Positions 16,230 to 30,050 are shown, counted from the first letter of the stretch. The stretch: 64,000 nucleotides of DNA from Octopus vulgaris (GCA_951406725.2 OX597833.1:1550001-1614000), one strand, 5' to 3'. The notes: a model not told the origin generated them from the sequence alone. Translations and numbers: made by a program.

Positions 16230-16836
16230 TTTATTTCTTTACTACCCACAAGGGGCTAAATATAGAGGGGCAAAACATGGACAGATAAAACGGGATTAAG
16301 TCGATTACCTCGACCCCAATGCGTAGCTGCTACTTCTTTAATCGACCCCGAAAAGATGAAAGTCAAAGTCGATTTCGGTAGAATTTGAACTCAGAACGTG
16401 ACGGCAGACGAAATACCTATTTCTTTACTACCCACAAGGGGCTAAATATAGAGGGGAAAATAAGGACAGATAAAACGGGATTAAGGCGATTACCTCGACC
16501 CCAATGCGTAACTGCTACTTCTTTAATCGACCCCGAAAAGATGAAACTCAAAGTCGATCTCGGTAGAATTTGAACTCAGAACGTAACGGCAGACGAAATA
16601 CCTATCTCTTTACTACCCACAAGGGGCTAAACACAGAGAACACAAACAAGGACAGACAAATGGATTAAGTCGATTATTAACGACCCCAGTGCGTAACTGG
16701 TACTTATTTAATCGACCCCGAAAGGATGAAAGGCAAAGTCGACCTCGGCGGAATCTGAACTCAGAACGTAACGGCAGACTAAATACGGCTACGCATTTCG
16801 CCCGGCGTGCTAACGATTCTGCCAGCTCGCCGCCCT
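16230..16836 (-). mobile_element. SINE family B head-to-tail trimer with 9 bp target-site duplication
   Basis: Three ~186 bp units (CGACCCCGAAAGGATGAAAGGCAAAGTCGA core); TSD CGTTGTATA at 16221-16229 and 16838-16846. Confidence 0.92.
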
Positions 16837-17285
16837 ACGTTGTATAGTAATTAACAAAATTTATGTGAGTTTATTCATGCTAATGAAAACCTTCACACGA
16901 AAACCCATTCAGAAATAGCGTGTTGTGCTCTAAGTATCCCAGGAGTTCCATATTCCCACGCTATCTCTCGCAAATTGTATCTGTATTCAGTTGAATACCC
17001 CTGCTGTGGTATTGAACCGGTGTTAAATCAGTGCAATGTAATAGAGTTTCATCTGAAGCTGGAAATAATAGTTGTGTTTCTGAATGGTGAACAGGGGAAT
17101 GAAGCTCAACTAGGTCAACAATACATCTATACAAATAATCAACAAAATATAGAATCATTGATGCCAAATTAAGATAATAATTCTGACAGTATTAATAAAA
17201 ATGGAGATTTGACGATTGACATTTTAACAAAGAATTGCAAAACAGTCTTAGGCAAAAGTCTACAATAAAGAAACGAAACACCTGC

Positions 17286-17398
<113 letters not shown>

Positions 17399-17410
17399 CG
17401 AATAATATAT

Positions 17411-17479
<69 letters not shown>

Positions 17480-17569
17480 GGGAGAGTTTACGAAAACAAC
17501 AAAAGACGAAAACAGGTAGTGTACAAAACAAATAGATGTATTAGTATAACATCAGGAATAGAAAAAAGT

Positions 17570-17605
17570 CTTTTACGTTTCGAGCCTACGCTCTTCTACA
17601 GAAAG
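17570..17605 (-). ncRNA. Variant-core minimal hammerhead in a TA-embedded element (17478-17672)
   Basis: Minus CUUU-CUGUAGA-A-GAGC-GUAG-GCUC-GAAA-CG-UA-AAAG. Confidence 0.5.
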
Positions 17606-17671
17606 GGACACAGAAAAAAAACAAGGAGAGAGAAAAAATTTGTGCAGTGGCTAACGATCTATCATGGCGAC

Positions 17672-17732
<61 letters not shown>

Positions 17733-17992
17733 TAGATAGATAGATATTGATATACAGAGAAACTCATATTCTTATATAAGAGAAAAGAAATATAAAGCGA
17801 TTATCTCCCTTATACCGGAAGAAATCGCTTATTACCTCCTCCTGCCTGGAACTCTTCTTTGCACTGCATAACGAAGACATGACACGATGTATATAAAGAC
17901 ATTTGAGAAAATTGAAAAGTTAACACGAAACACACCAACTTTCTCACACACATATATATATATAGAGAGAGAGATAAAGTACAGGAGATAAA

Positions 17993-18225
17993 TATATTTC
18001 TTTACTACCCACAAGGGGCCAAACACAGAGGGGACAAACAAGGACAGACAAACGGATTAAGTCGATTACATCGACCCCAGTGCGTAACTGGTACTTAATT
18101 TATCGACCCCGAAAGGATGAAAGGCAAAGTCGGCCTCGGCGGAATTTCAACGCAGAACGTAACGGCAGACGAAATACGGCTTCGCATTTCGCCCGGCGTG
18201 CTGACGTTTCTGCCAGCTCACCGTT
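17993..18225 (-). mobile_element. SINE B, full length, with 11 bp TSD
   Basis: TSD TACAGGAGATA at 17980-17990 and 18227-18237. Confidence 0.93.
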
Positions 18226-18866
18226 ATACAGGAGATAGATAACGTACGACTTCTGCAGAGGATTGGTACATTATTTATCGATCCCGAAAAGGGGAAGGGG
18301 AAATTCACTATCAGCAATGTTTGAACTCACAGCAGAGATAAATCTATCCAATGCTTAAATGTCAGTGCTATCTTCACCTTGAAGTTATTGTCATAAAACT
18401 ATCGTGTTGCAGCTGTGCATTCAATTTCTGTTATAACAGAAAGAATTTCAGTTTTACCACAATTTCTGTATCCCGGTGAGACTATTAAGTTGAATAACGC
18501 TTCTAAACATAGCAGATAGCATGCGACTACAGTATTACTGTAATAAATAGAACACAACATGTTATTTCGAAATAGACTCAGCTTCGAATATTTTAATAAA
18601 AATACGTAATGTTTCAGAAGTCTTGTTAAATTATATACATAGTAAACCAATATTCACATATGCAAAATAGTGCAGCCAAGTCTTATTTCCTATTGCATGC
18701 TTCAGACGTAGGTGTAAGCGTCGGACAATGTTATTTTCCTTTACAAAGAGATGAAGACTTTACGATTGTTGAGAGGGTAATGACCAGGTGATACTGTTCA
18801 ATTCGTTTTATATAAAACTCTGCAGAAAAAATTATTATCACTAAGAGCCGTAAACACAAATTCACG

Positions 18867-18898
<32 letters not shown>

Positions 18899-19051
18899 TG
18901 TATGTATGTATGTATGTATGTCAGGTCACTTTCGAGTGCTACTGGTAACATATATATATATATATATATATATACATTATCGCTATGGGCTCCGTGTGAG
19001 CAATCATCTAAAAGTTTTTTGTGCATTTTTATGTTGACATAAGTTCCTTGC

Positions 19052-19134
19052 TTTTCCTGATGAGAAAGCGGCATAATGTATTCCTTATTCCTTCGCAATT
19101 AGGAATATGCAGCCTTCGAAACATATGTCGAAAA
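19052..19134 (+). ncRNA. Type I hammerhead ribozyme motif with extended stem II
   Basis: UUUUC-CUGAUGA-GAAAGC...UAUUCCU/AGGAAUA...GCCUUC-GAAA-CAUAUG-UC-GAAAA. Canonical core, palindromic stem III, GUC site at 19129, AATAAA immediately after. Confidence 0.85.
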
Positions 19135-19336
19135 TAAAGGAATTTTGTTAATTCGTCGTTCAGCTCCATTCTTTTATATATTTATATATTTAAAATAAAC
19201 ATACAAATTTCCACACGAAAGCACGTAATCTATGCCCTAGGCACGTAACTTCAACCGTGTTTATTCTGATGTGAATTTGCTACCTAGGTATCGGTTTATT
19301 CGAATTATCCTTAATAAGATAATTCATTCAACTACT

Positions 19337-19438
<102 letters not shown>

Positions 19439-19695
19439 TATGTGTATGTATGTAAGTATGTATGTATGTATGTATGTGTGTATGGAAATTGGCAGGACAG
19501 CTAGGACAGGTGTAGTACTGCGCAAGGTGACTATTCTGAAGAAGATCATGGTAAAAATTAGGTCAATAATTTATTCCTTATTAAACGTAACTATTCTGGG
19601 AACCTTTTGATATGTGTTTGAGTGTGTGTGTGTGTGTGTGTGTGTAGTGTTTATCCTCACTTCCACATACATACATACATACATACATACATACA

Positions 19696-19726
<31 letters not shown>

Positions 19727-19837
19727 GACGTACGAGGGTTCGGCAATTTCTTACCGATCGTCCACACAGACGATTTGTTTATAGTGATCAAATGTTTGTC
19801 TAGACATAATCTCACTCCTTCTATCAAATCGACATTA

Positions 19838-19868
<31 letters not shown>

Positions 19869-19943
19869 ATATATATATATATATACCTATCTCTCTCTAT
19901 ATATACCTATATATCTATATATACCTATATATATATATATATA

Positions 19944-19993
<50 letters not shown>

Positions 19994-19994
<1 letters not shown>

Positions 19995-20388
19995 GAGGTG
20001 CAATGGCCCAGTGGTTAGGGCAGCGGACTTGCGGTCATAAGATCGAGGTTTCGATTCCCAGAGCGGGCGTTGTGAGTGTTTATTGTGCGAAAACACCTAA
20101 AAGTTCCACGAGGCTCCGGCAGGGATGGTGGTGATCCCTGCTGTACTCTTTCACCACAACTTTCTCTCACTCTTACTTCCTGTTTCTGTTGTACCTGTAT
20201 TTCAAAGAGCCGGCCTTGTCACTCTCTGTGTCACGCTGAATATCCCCGAGAACTACGTTAAGGGTACACGTGTCTGTGGAGTGCTCAGCCACTTACACGT
20301 TAGTTTCACGAGCAGGCTGTTCCGTTGATTCGGATCAATCGGAACCCTCATCGTCGTAACCGATGGAGTGCTAAGAAGAAGAAGGAAG
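19994..20388 (+). mobile_element. SINE D, tail type 2, ending in (AAG)n
   Basis: Same ~180 bp head as 2348 and 53725, unrelated 3' part. Confidence 0.88.
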
Positions 20389-21068
20389 ATATATATAGTA
20401 GTAATTTGCGGTCAGTGACAGTTCAGCTTGTCATGCGAAGAAAACTAACGGAAATGATCACGTGCCCTTGTAGAAATAAGGACAGTAAACTACGAATGCT
20501 AATCTTAATTCTGATTTTAATTCTATTTTATTAATAGCTCTTTTCTCTCCAGATATTCTATTTTAGTACGTATTCTTGAAAAGTCTTTTCAAAAACCGAA
20601 ACATGTAAAACGAACCTAAAACATTCATCTTACAATGTATTTATATAAAGTAAAATTGTACTCAGTTTTAAGAAAGCATTTTCGTTCCTCTTTTCCATAA
20701 ATATATGTGTGTGTGATGTGTGTGTATATATATAGGCTTATAGCCTTAAGTTATATATATTGCACTATGCAACGAATTCTATGACACTCTATGAAATGCA
20801 TACGAGTTAAAGATAACAGGTGTAAGCTTATAGAGAAATTGCTATTTTCTTAATATCAATTTTTATATTGCATTTTATGTTACTTATTTGTTTGCCCAGA
20901 GCTCATTTGAATATAATTACTGTTATAGCAAAACCAAGTGTGACAGTACAAAGCTAAGCAACTAATTTCAAACGGGTAAGCATCACGTTGACGAAGATAC
21001 AGCCCACTCTGGAGCAGCTGACTGCCCTATATCAGTACGTAAATATATATATTTATGTTGTATGTATA

Positions 21069-21482
21069 GGCGTAGAAGTGGCTGTGTGGTAAGTAGCTTG
21101 TTTACCAACCACATGGTTCAGGGTTCAGTCCCACTGCGTGGCACCTTGGGCAAGTGTCTTCTACTATAGCCCCGGGCCGACCAATGCCTTGTGAGTGGAT
21201 TTGGTAGACGGAAACTGAAAGAATCCAATCGTATATATGTATATATAAATGTACATGTGTGTATATGTTTGTGTGTCTGTGTTTGTCCCTTTAGCATTGC
21301 TTGACCACCGATGCTAGTGTGTTTATGTCCCCGTTACTTAGCGGTTCAGAAAAAAGAGACCGATAGAATAAGTACTGGGCTTACAAAAGAATAAGTTCCG
21401 GGGTCGAGTTGCTCGATTAAAAAAGGCGGTGCTCCAGCATGGCCGCAGTCAAATGACTGAAACAAGTAAAAGAGTAAAGAGT
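21069..21482 (+). mobile_element. SINE A, full length, young
   Basis: Near-identical to 57490-57899. Confidence 0.95.
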
Positions 21483-21796
21483 ATACCTGTACTCACAGAG
21501 ACACACTCACACTCACACACACACACACCTACACACGCGTACAAATTTACATAAGTTCATACATACTTGTGTATGTCCTTCTGCGTCTGTGCGTTTATAC
21601 ATCATATATTAGAAACCCATACATACAAAATTCAAAACCATGAATAAATTTAAATTTTAACTAGTGTGCGCAAAATATTTTTATCGGTATTTTGTAAAAA
21701 AAAATACTTCATCTATTTATCCCCCACACGCTTCTAACACACTTGTCATTTTGTGCAATCATAGTTTCTCTTCACCTTTCTGTATACATACGTAAA

Positions 21797-21858
<62 letters not shown>

Positions 21859-22186
21859 GATATATATATATATTTATACACCTACACATAAATATTTACA
21901 AACGATACAGTTTGAAATTGGGAAATATTATAAAAATATATCTGAAAAAAAAAAAACTAAGCTAAAAACAGCATCAAATATTAATATATTCCAGTTAGAT
22001 TAAATCTCCAGAATATGGAAATATCCAAATTAAACTTCCGAGACTTCATTTCTCCGGATTTCGTCTATGATTTTCCTTCTCATTGTTATAGTGATCGCCA
22101 TATTTGCTAGATTTGCATGAGGCTGTAGCGATTGTGGTCAGAATAAAATCTTTAATGGATGGTATCAAAACCAATAGTTGTAGTAA

Positions 22187-22237
<51 letters not shown>

Positions 22238-22345
22238 CAGCAGCAGTAGGTTTTTGTGCTAATGCTAGTAGTACTAGAGGATTATGAAAATGATGTTGCC
22301 ACTGCATAACGGCGGCAAGGGGTTAGAATATTAAACATGGCAGGA

Positions 22346-22660
22346 AGGCGGCGAGCTGGCAAAAACGTTAGCACGCCGGGCGAAATGCTTTGCGGTATTT
22401 CGTCTGTTGTTACGTTCTGAGTTCAAATTCCGCCGAGGTCGACTTTGCCTTTCATCCTTTCGGGGTCGATAAATTAAGTACCAGTTACGCACTGCGGTCA
22501 ATGTAATCGACTTAATCCGTTTGCCTCTCCTTGTTTGTTCTCTCTGTGTTTAGACCCTTGTGGGTCGTAAATAAATACGTATTTTGTCTGCCGTTACGTT
22601 TGACTTTGCCTTTCATCCTTTCGAGGTCGATAAATTAAGTACCAGTTACGCACTGGTACT
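22346..22660 (+). mobile_element. SINE B, full unit plus partial second unit
   Basis: GGCGGCGAGCTGGC...GAGTTCAAATTCC...GTCGACTTTGCCTTTCATCCTTTCGGGG; core repeated at 22601-22655. Confidence 0.92.
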
Positions 22661-22674
22661 TAATATACATAAAT

Positions 22675-22762
<88 letters not shown>

Positions 22763-22918
22763 TTGTTTGTTTGTTTGTGTTTTGACGTCCCCGTAAATTA
22801 CCGGTTCGGCCAAATTCACAGTCAGAATAAATACCAGGGTACTGGTATCATTTTATTCCAAACAAGTAAAAGAATAAAAAATATATCTCTCGCTCCCCCC
22901 CCTCTCTCTCTCTCTTTA

Positions 22919-23015
<97 letters not shown>

Positions 23016-23020
23016 CAAAA

Positions 23021-23058
23021 CTGTCCGACGAACGGGAACGTGAAACTCTGAGTAATGG
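23021..23058 (+). ncRNA. Hammerhead motif with U4C core variant
   Basis: CUGU-CCGACGA-ACG-GGAA-CGU-GAAA-CUCUGAG-UA-AUGG, followed by AATAAA; element 23014-23163 lies between TA tracts. Confidence 0.65.
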
Positions 23059-23358
23059 CTTTTGTTATATTTCTGCTGCTTTTAAATAAAGCATATTACT
23101 CTACCTCTGGTATTTGAGTACTCTTTTTCCCACCTGGTTTCACATTTATGTGCTTACTCCGGTATATATGAATATATACATACGTACAAGTTTATACATA
23201 CGTATAAACAAAAACACGCCTACCTTATTCCAGCTACAAGGGATACATTCCTTTGTATTTTGTTTACAAGATTCTTGATGTGAATTCGTGTGTGGAAAGA
23301 AATCTTGTGTCTTGGAACGGTCATTACGTCAATAGTGATAAACACACTCACCAGTGCG

Positions 23359-23428
<70 letters not shown>

Positions 23429-23884
23429 CGCGCGCACACAGATACATACACACACACTCACACACGTACACACACATTTCTTCGGTTATAGTTCTAATTT
23501 TAATCAAGATTGCATCTGGTGGTTTGTTATACGCCTACAATCGAGTTAATTAATAACCATCTTCTCATTTATATAATTTAAAAAAAATTCTATATAAGAG
23601 AAACAGTATCTTTAAATAACTAAATAAAAAGAAAGAAATAAAAATAGAAATTGCAAATCATAAAAAAAAATGTAATACTGAAAAAGCCATCTTTACCGAA
23701 ATCGGAATCGCATGACTCATATAAAACTCGCTAGACCGAAGAAGACAGATATGCTGCAATAAATGTATTCCGATAGTGAAATCATTGGGGATTGCATTAA
23801 TTGACTCTTTCCACAAATTGCAAATGCTTTGCTTTTCATTTACTAAATACATGGAAGTGATTATGAAACGAAATCGAACGATAT

Positions 23885-24286
23885 ACTCTTTACTCTCTCT
23901 CTCTCTCTCTCTCTCTTACTTGTTTCAGTCATTTGACTGCGGCCATGCTGGAGCACCGCCTTTAGTCGAGCAAATCGACACGGGACTTATTCTTTTGTAA
24001 GCCCAGTACTTACTCTATTGGTCTCTTTTACCGAACCACTAAGTGACAGGGACGTAAACACACCAGCATCGGTTGTCAAGCAATGCTAGGGGGACAAACA
24101 CACACACACACACACACATATATATACGACAGGCTTCTTTCAGTTTCCGTCTACCAAATCCACTCACAAGGCATTGGTCGGCCTGGGGCTATAGCAGAAG
24201 ACACTTGCCCAAGATGCCACGCAGTGGGACTGAACCCGGAACTATGTGGTTAGTTAGCAAGCTACTTACCACACAGCCACTCCTGC
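23885..24286 (-). mobile_element. SINE A, full length
   Basis: Matches the other family A copies. Confidence 0.95.
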
Positions 24287-25027
24287 TGATGTATCAAATG
24301 AGAATAAATTATTTTAATGTACCAAAATGTCAGTAATTTTTAAACGTGTAAATATGTGAAATGAAGCATATCAAAATACCAAACAGAAAATATCTGTGAA
24401 TGTTATTGTAATAATAACCATTTATTAAAAATTAAAACATAAACGCTTTAGGTAATTTCTGAACTTTGTAATGTCAGACTTACATTTCCAAAGAGTACCT
24501 TTATTTCGTACGCTTCAAAGAACTAATGGCTAGACATATACATATACACTATACATACATGCATATATAAAAACGAAAAATACGTAAAGCAAAGCTTATA
24601 AATCTGCACATGCGTATGACTTCGAATACTTCCTATATGCTTATATACAAACATTCCCGGTTGATGTTGAAATTCTAATGAAGGAGACTAGGTTAGAAAT
24701 CGATTCTTTCTCTATTGGCAAGAAATCTTGAACTAAAACTTAGTATTGACATAAATACTTACATGCATATATGCAAACAAGCATACATACATACATTCAT
24801 ACATACTTACATACATGTATGTGTGCGTGTGTGTGCATGTTTGAGCATGTGTGTGTTCTTGTGTGCGAGTGTTCTTGTCAAGCAAGTGACAAGCAAATCT
24901 GTGGTATTGAGCAAAACATTTACTGTAGTCCATCTTTTATACCAAGACAATACAGTGTACATGGTAACACTTCCAATCAGTTAAGATGAGAAACCTTGAG
25001 AGCCACTGCATGGTACTGCATCAGGGC

Positions 25028-25082
<55 letters not shown>

Positions 25083-26482
25083 TTTATTATTTTAAACCTG
25101 GTTATTTGGCAGTCAGTTGAAAAAGGAATCAACAAGGGAGGAAAGCGTTCATCCGATACATTCCGCTTCAGGACAGTGGAATGGAAAATATTGAGTAGTT
25201 AAGAATATGCATGGGGAACCGTGATTAATGGTGAGCTCGCGTGAAATCACTGAAGTATTCAGAAGGGCGGCCAGTCGAATTCAGTACTTTAGCACTAATG
25301 TGCCCGCAACTAGACTGGAGCTGGTCCTTAGGACAGTTATTCCGAAAACAACGAGAGTGAAGCCTGGCACAGAATTGGAAGTTCCCTCAAGGTTTTCATA
25401 CCTGAGATTTTCTGAAGACGCTTATGGATGAGTGATTGTTTCTGATGATGCAAAATTTGAAACATTGAAAATAAATATATTGATCTATATTCAAAACTAT
25501 TTCAATATATTTTGTATGCATTACAAAGATGCTGACAACCTTCACTTCCTTTCAGACAATGGATCCGGTTGAAAATGACAAAAATGTGCATATACATATG
25601 TATGGGTGTGTATATTTCTTTGTGTGAGTGTGTGTGTATGTGTACGTAATTGTCTGTGTGTGCCTTTTTGCGTATGCGTGTGTGTGCATTCGCACGGGCG
25701 CTCGCGCGTGTGGCGTTAAAATACTTCATGATAAGGATGATCAGTTACTAATCAACATATCACTGCTGACATGTTTATTTAGTAGACTGATGAGTAGGGA
25801 ATCGCACAGCATATTACGTAACCTCATGCATGCGGTGCACATTGCATTTCTGACTGCACTATGCTGAAGCTACAATAACAACTATTCCGGAAACAACTGT
25901 AACAGATCGAGAAAAACATATTCGTCTGTTTTTACTACACACATATATATATTTGTACAGATGAACACACAGACACACACGCATGCGCACACATTCACAC
26001 ACATACGCGCGCACACACAGAGACATGTATTAAATAAATGGAATAATTATAGATTCTAAAATAATGTTTTACTTTTACGTAATTTAAATTTCACAGGAAT
26101 TTTTTTTTTAAATATATTAATTTAGATAATTATTCCAGTTGGCAATATTTTCTCTAATTACTGACGTTTTCCAACGTCTCGTACAGCGTTTAGTTTTACT
26201 GTTTTGACTTAATAAAAAACACACAGAAATACAGACACACAGACACACATACATATGTACGTGGACCTGAGGTAAAAAGTTTACTTTACAACACATGGTT
26301 GCTACTTCAGTCCCACTGCGTAGCACTTGGTGGATTTGATACACGGAAACTGAAAGAAATTCAGGTGAACCAGAGGTCAAGATTCCTACAGCTATAGAAA
26401 GTAACACTCATACCCCCTTAAAAACACTTTATTCATTCAGGGTGATGATTGCTTCATTTTCACTTCAAGACAACAGTACATG

Positions 26483-26571
26483 TGGACTCTGATGAAACTG
26501 CTCCGACCATGACAACCAAGTGGCATATGTGACAGTGTGAAACCGGTGCGGTTGAAACGCGCGTTGGTCCA
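26483..26571 (+). ncRNA. Type I hammerhead ribozyme motif with long stem II insertion
   Basis: UGGACU-CUGAUGA-AACUGCUCCG...CGGUGCGGUU-GAAA-CGCGCG-UU-GGUCCA; palindromic stem III; family copy at 48700-48940. Confidence 0.85.
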
Positions 26572-26967
26572 GACAAAGAATGCTGTAAATAATTGTTTGA
26601 TAAAATTATGGATGTGGAAAAATCTCCGTTCTCATTGTTCCTGTTGATACTAATACTCAGTCCAGGGAAACTATGGAGCCCCGAATAGGACCCTCGGATT
26701 TACCAAGCGAGAATAGTGACCAGCGTCCAGCAGCTCAGTGTTAACTCGTGCAACGCAAAAGGGCCGTTGTGGTTAGCTGATATCCGATACTGAATCAAGA
26801 AGAAACACGGTAACCGCCAACATAATATATCCAGTTAAACTCATTTTGGGAAGTATATATATACATATATATATATGCATATATATATATACACACACAC
26901 ACACACATATATATATATACATACATATATATATATGTATATATATACACACACACATATATATATG

Positions 26968-27032
<65 letters not shown>

Positions 27033-27324
27033 GCATACATACATATATCAAACGAAGGAAAAACACATTTCCTTCAAAAGCGATATAAAACATACAATTC
27101 TCACTGGTACATCAGTTGTATGCCACAAAGAATAGGATATGACTGCAATAAAAAAACATTAAATGAAGTAGAGAAATATAATTGACTTACCTACAATTTA
27201 CTTACTTTATAATATAATATAACACGATATATATTATATTATATTATATTATATTATATTATATTTTTTCATAGTATATCATATTATAATGTACATAAAT
27301 ATTTTAGTATGTTTCTTTATTTCG

Positions 27325-27392
<68 letters not shown>

Positions 27393-27438
27393 GTACGTAT
27401 GTATGTATATGTATATATATATATATGTATATATATTT

Positions 27439-27616
27439 GCAGTATGGGATGTGTTTAAGCTTTTTAGAACCACACAAAACCCGTTAGATTCCCTTCAACA
27501 TTTAAGTTAATTTGTTCCAAAGCGACGAATATATTTTGACAAATAAAATTAAATTTTGAAGTGAATATAACGTTTTTGTGTGTTTTTAAATGGCTTATAC
27601 ACACCTTCCACGCTGC
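27439..27616. repeat. Imperfect fold-back element between TA tracts
   Basis: CACACAAAACCCGTTAGATTCCCTTCAACATTTAA pairs with TTAAATTTTGAAGTGAATATAACGTTTTTGTGTG. Confidence 0.75.
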
Positions 27617-27679
27617 AACAATTTTTGTTTCAGCACATGATCTCAGATCAAGTCACTTGCTATGCAAGTACATCGACCG

Positions 27680-27751
<72 letters not shown>

Positions 27752-27754
<3 letters not shown>

Positions 27755-27915
27755 CGACGGGCTTCTTTCAGTTTCTGCCAACCAAATCCACTCACAAAGC
27801 TTTGGTCGGCTCAAGGCTATAGTAGAAGACACTTGCCCAGGGTGCCATGCAGTGGGACTGACCCCGGAGCCATGTGGTTGGTAAGCAAGCTACGTACTAC
27901 ACAGCCACGCCTGCA

Positions 27916-27918
<3 letters not shown>
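27752..27918 (-). mobile_element. SINE A 5' half
   Basis: Matches the family A head. Confidence 0.9.
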
Positions 27919-27959
<41 letters not shown>

Positions 27960-28729
27960 TATAGATATATATATGTATTAATCCCAAGGTCATGCGTTCA
28001 ATTCACCCTTTGGGCACGTTTTATTTTTTCCTTTTATTTGAAGGTTTCTTTGTATCTTTTCTTCATTCCTTTCTCATTCTACCTCTACTTCATAATCTTC
28101 TTAAGCTTCCTCTTCTTCTTCTTCTTCTTCTTCTTCTTCTTCTTCTTCTTCTTCTCCCCTCCTCCTCCGTCTCCTCCACTTTCTTGTTCTTCTATTTCTT
28201 CACCTTCTTCTTCACCTTCACCTTCACATTCTCTTCTTCTTCTTCTTCTTCTTCTCTACTTCCTCCCCCTCCCCTTCATCATCATCATCATCTTCATCGT
28301 TATAATTATTAGCATCCTCATCATTAGCTTTCTCCAGCAGCTGTTTTCTTTACCTAGCACAGTAGGATATAATTCGAAAGGGTTCGATAAAATATCAGAG
28401 AATATTTTTCTCGGTAAATCCTTATCGATTTCTCTCTCCCCCACACACACCACCACCACACCCTCCCTTCTACATTCTCACACACCTTCCTCTCTTTCCC
28501 AAAGTTTCTTCTTCAAACACAGGAAGAAATTACATATTGATTTTTACTTTTAGTTTTGATTCACTTTTGCGATTTTATAATGATCGGGAGGAGGAGGAGG
28601 GGAGGAGGAGGCTGAGGATCAGGACGATGGTGTTGTTGTTGTTGTTGTTGTTTTTTTAACTGTTGTCGTTTTCTGTCGATGATAAGGATGATGGGGGAAG
28701 GTCAGGAAACTGGCGCTTAATGTTGATGA

Positions 28730-29002
28730 GGTCGATGTCCTCAGTGTTAATGATGACGGTGATGACGGTGGTGCTGCTGCTGATGATGATGACGATGATG
28801 ATGCAAAAAATAAAAAAGATGGTGATGAAGATGATGATGTCGATGATGATGATGGTGGTGGTGATGATGGGGATTATAATGAGGATTATGATGAGGATGA
28901 GGATAATGATGATGACGATGATGGTGATAGTGAAGATGAGGAAGATGATGATGGTGATGATGAAGACGACGATGATGATGATGACGATAATGACGACGAT
29001 GG

Positions 29003-29040
<38 letters not shown>

Positions 29041-29735
29041 ACGATAATGATGATGATGATGATGATGATGGTGATGGTGATGAAGGTTATGATGAGGACG
29101 ACGATGATGATGATGAGGAGGAGGATGATGATGACGATAATGATGATGATGATGACGATAAGGATGATGATGATGACGATAAGGATGATGATGGTGATGG
29201 TGATGATGGTTATGATGAGGATGACGATGATGACGATGATGACGATAATGACGACGACGACGATGATGATGACGATGATGACGATAATGATGATGATGAT
29301 GATGATGATGTTGATGGTGATGATGGTTATGATGAGGTCGACGATGATGAGGATGAGGAAAATGGTGACGAGGATGATGATGATGATGATGGTATTAAAA
29401 ATAACATTAATGTCAATGGGGACGTTAGAGACGATGCTAAACTTTGGATTTTCTTTTCTTTTATTAAAAGAAGAAATGGAAATTTAAAAAAAGTAAAGAA
29501 AGCAAAAAAAAAACAATAATAATAATAATAAAGCACGTTCACATAAATTAGTAAATACAAAATTTACCGGAAATTTAATTTCAAGGTTTATATTTATTTT
29601 TCTGTTTACACAAACTGAGAAAAAGTAAATAAATAAATAAATAAAAGCATTAAGGAGAAAATCAACAACAATAATTACACGACATTGATGATAATGATGA
29701 TGATGATGATGATGATGATACTACTGCTGCTGCTG

Positions 29736-29767
<32 letters not shown>

Positions 29768-29820
29768 GATGATAATTATGATGACGATGATATCGATCGT
29801 ACTGCTGATGGTATATATGC

Positions 29821-29863
<43 letters not shown>

Positions 29864-29986
29864 TATGTTGGGGTGATGGCGGTGGTGGTTGTAGTCCTAG
29901 AAAAGAAGAAAAAGAAGAATGTGTATAATGCTGATGCTGATGACGGCGGCGATGACAAGGAGTGAGAGTAGATATGAGTAGATGTG

Positions 29987-30050
<64 letters not shown>

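Larger units (their letters stand above)
13740..17222 (-). pseudogene. Decayed intronless Toll-like receptor-like gene (LRR-TM-TIR) with SINE insertions
   Basis: Hand translation across many stops and frameshifts gives, in order: hydrophobic start [17 protein letters not shown]; LRR-like pieces (VFISMNKLT, LPHLVCIDNKNI, VP*LKDMYLEY, LQFINLS, LLLNG, PRFIELYV); TM CIVSLFASFVMVCSLLT; juxtamembrane FHIYMLKCYGLAGF; TIR-like box 1 (IDAM/VIC), YNLCSQD, DNSTRLIVLS, LFQKL. Confidence 0.55.

Noticed and set aside
16230-16836. CRISPR-like regular repeats here and at 53173 and 59600
   Set aside because: Eukaryotic SINE multimer or minisatellite; no unique spacers and no cas genes.
21069-21140. tRNA-like sequences with A and B boxes
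   Set aside because: SINE heads: no acceptor stem closure, and each is followed by a repeated body and tail.
28663-29487. 274 aa poly-Met ORF (Asp-rich in another frame)
   Set aside because: Degenerate (GAT)n tract among other trinucleotide runs; no domain or splice evidence.
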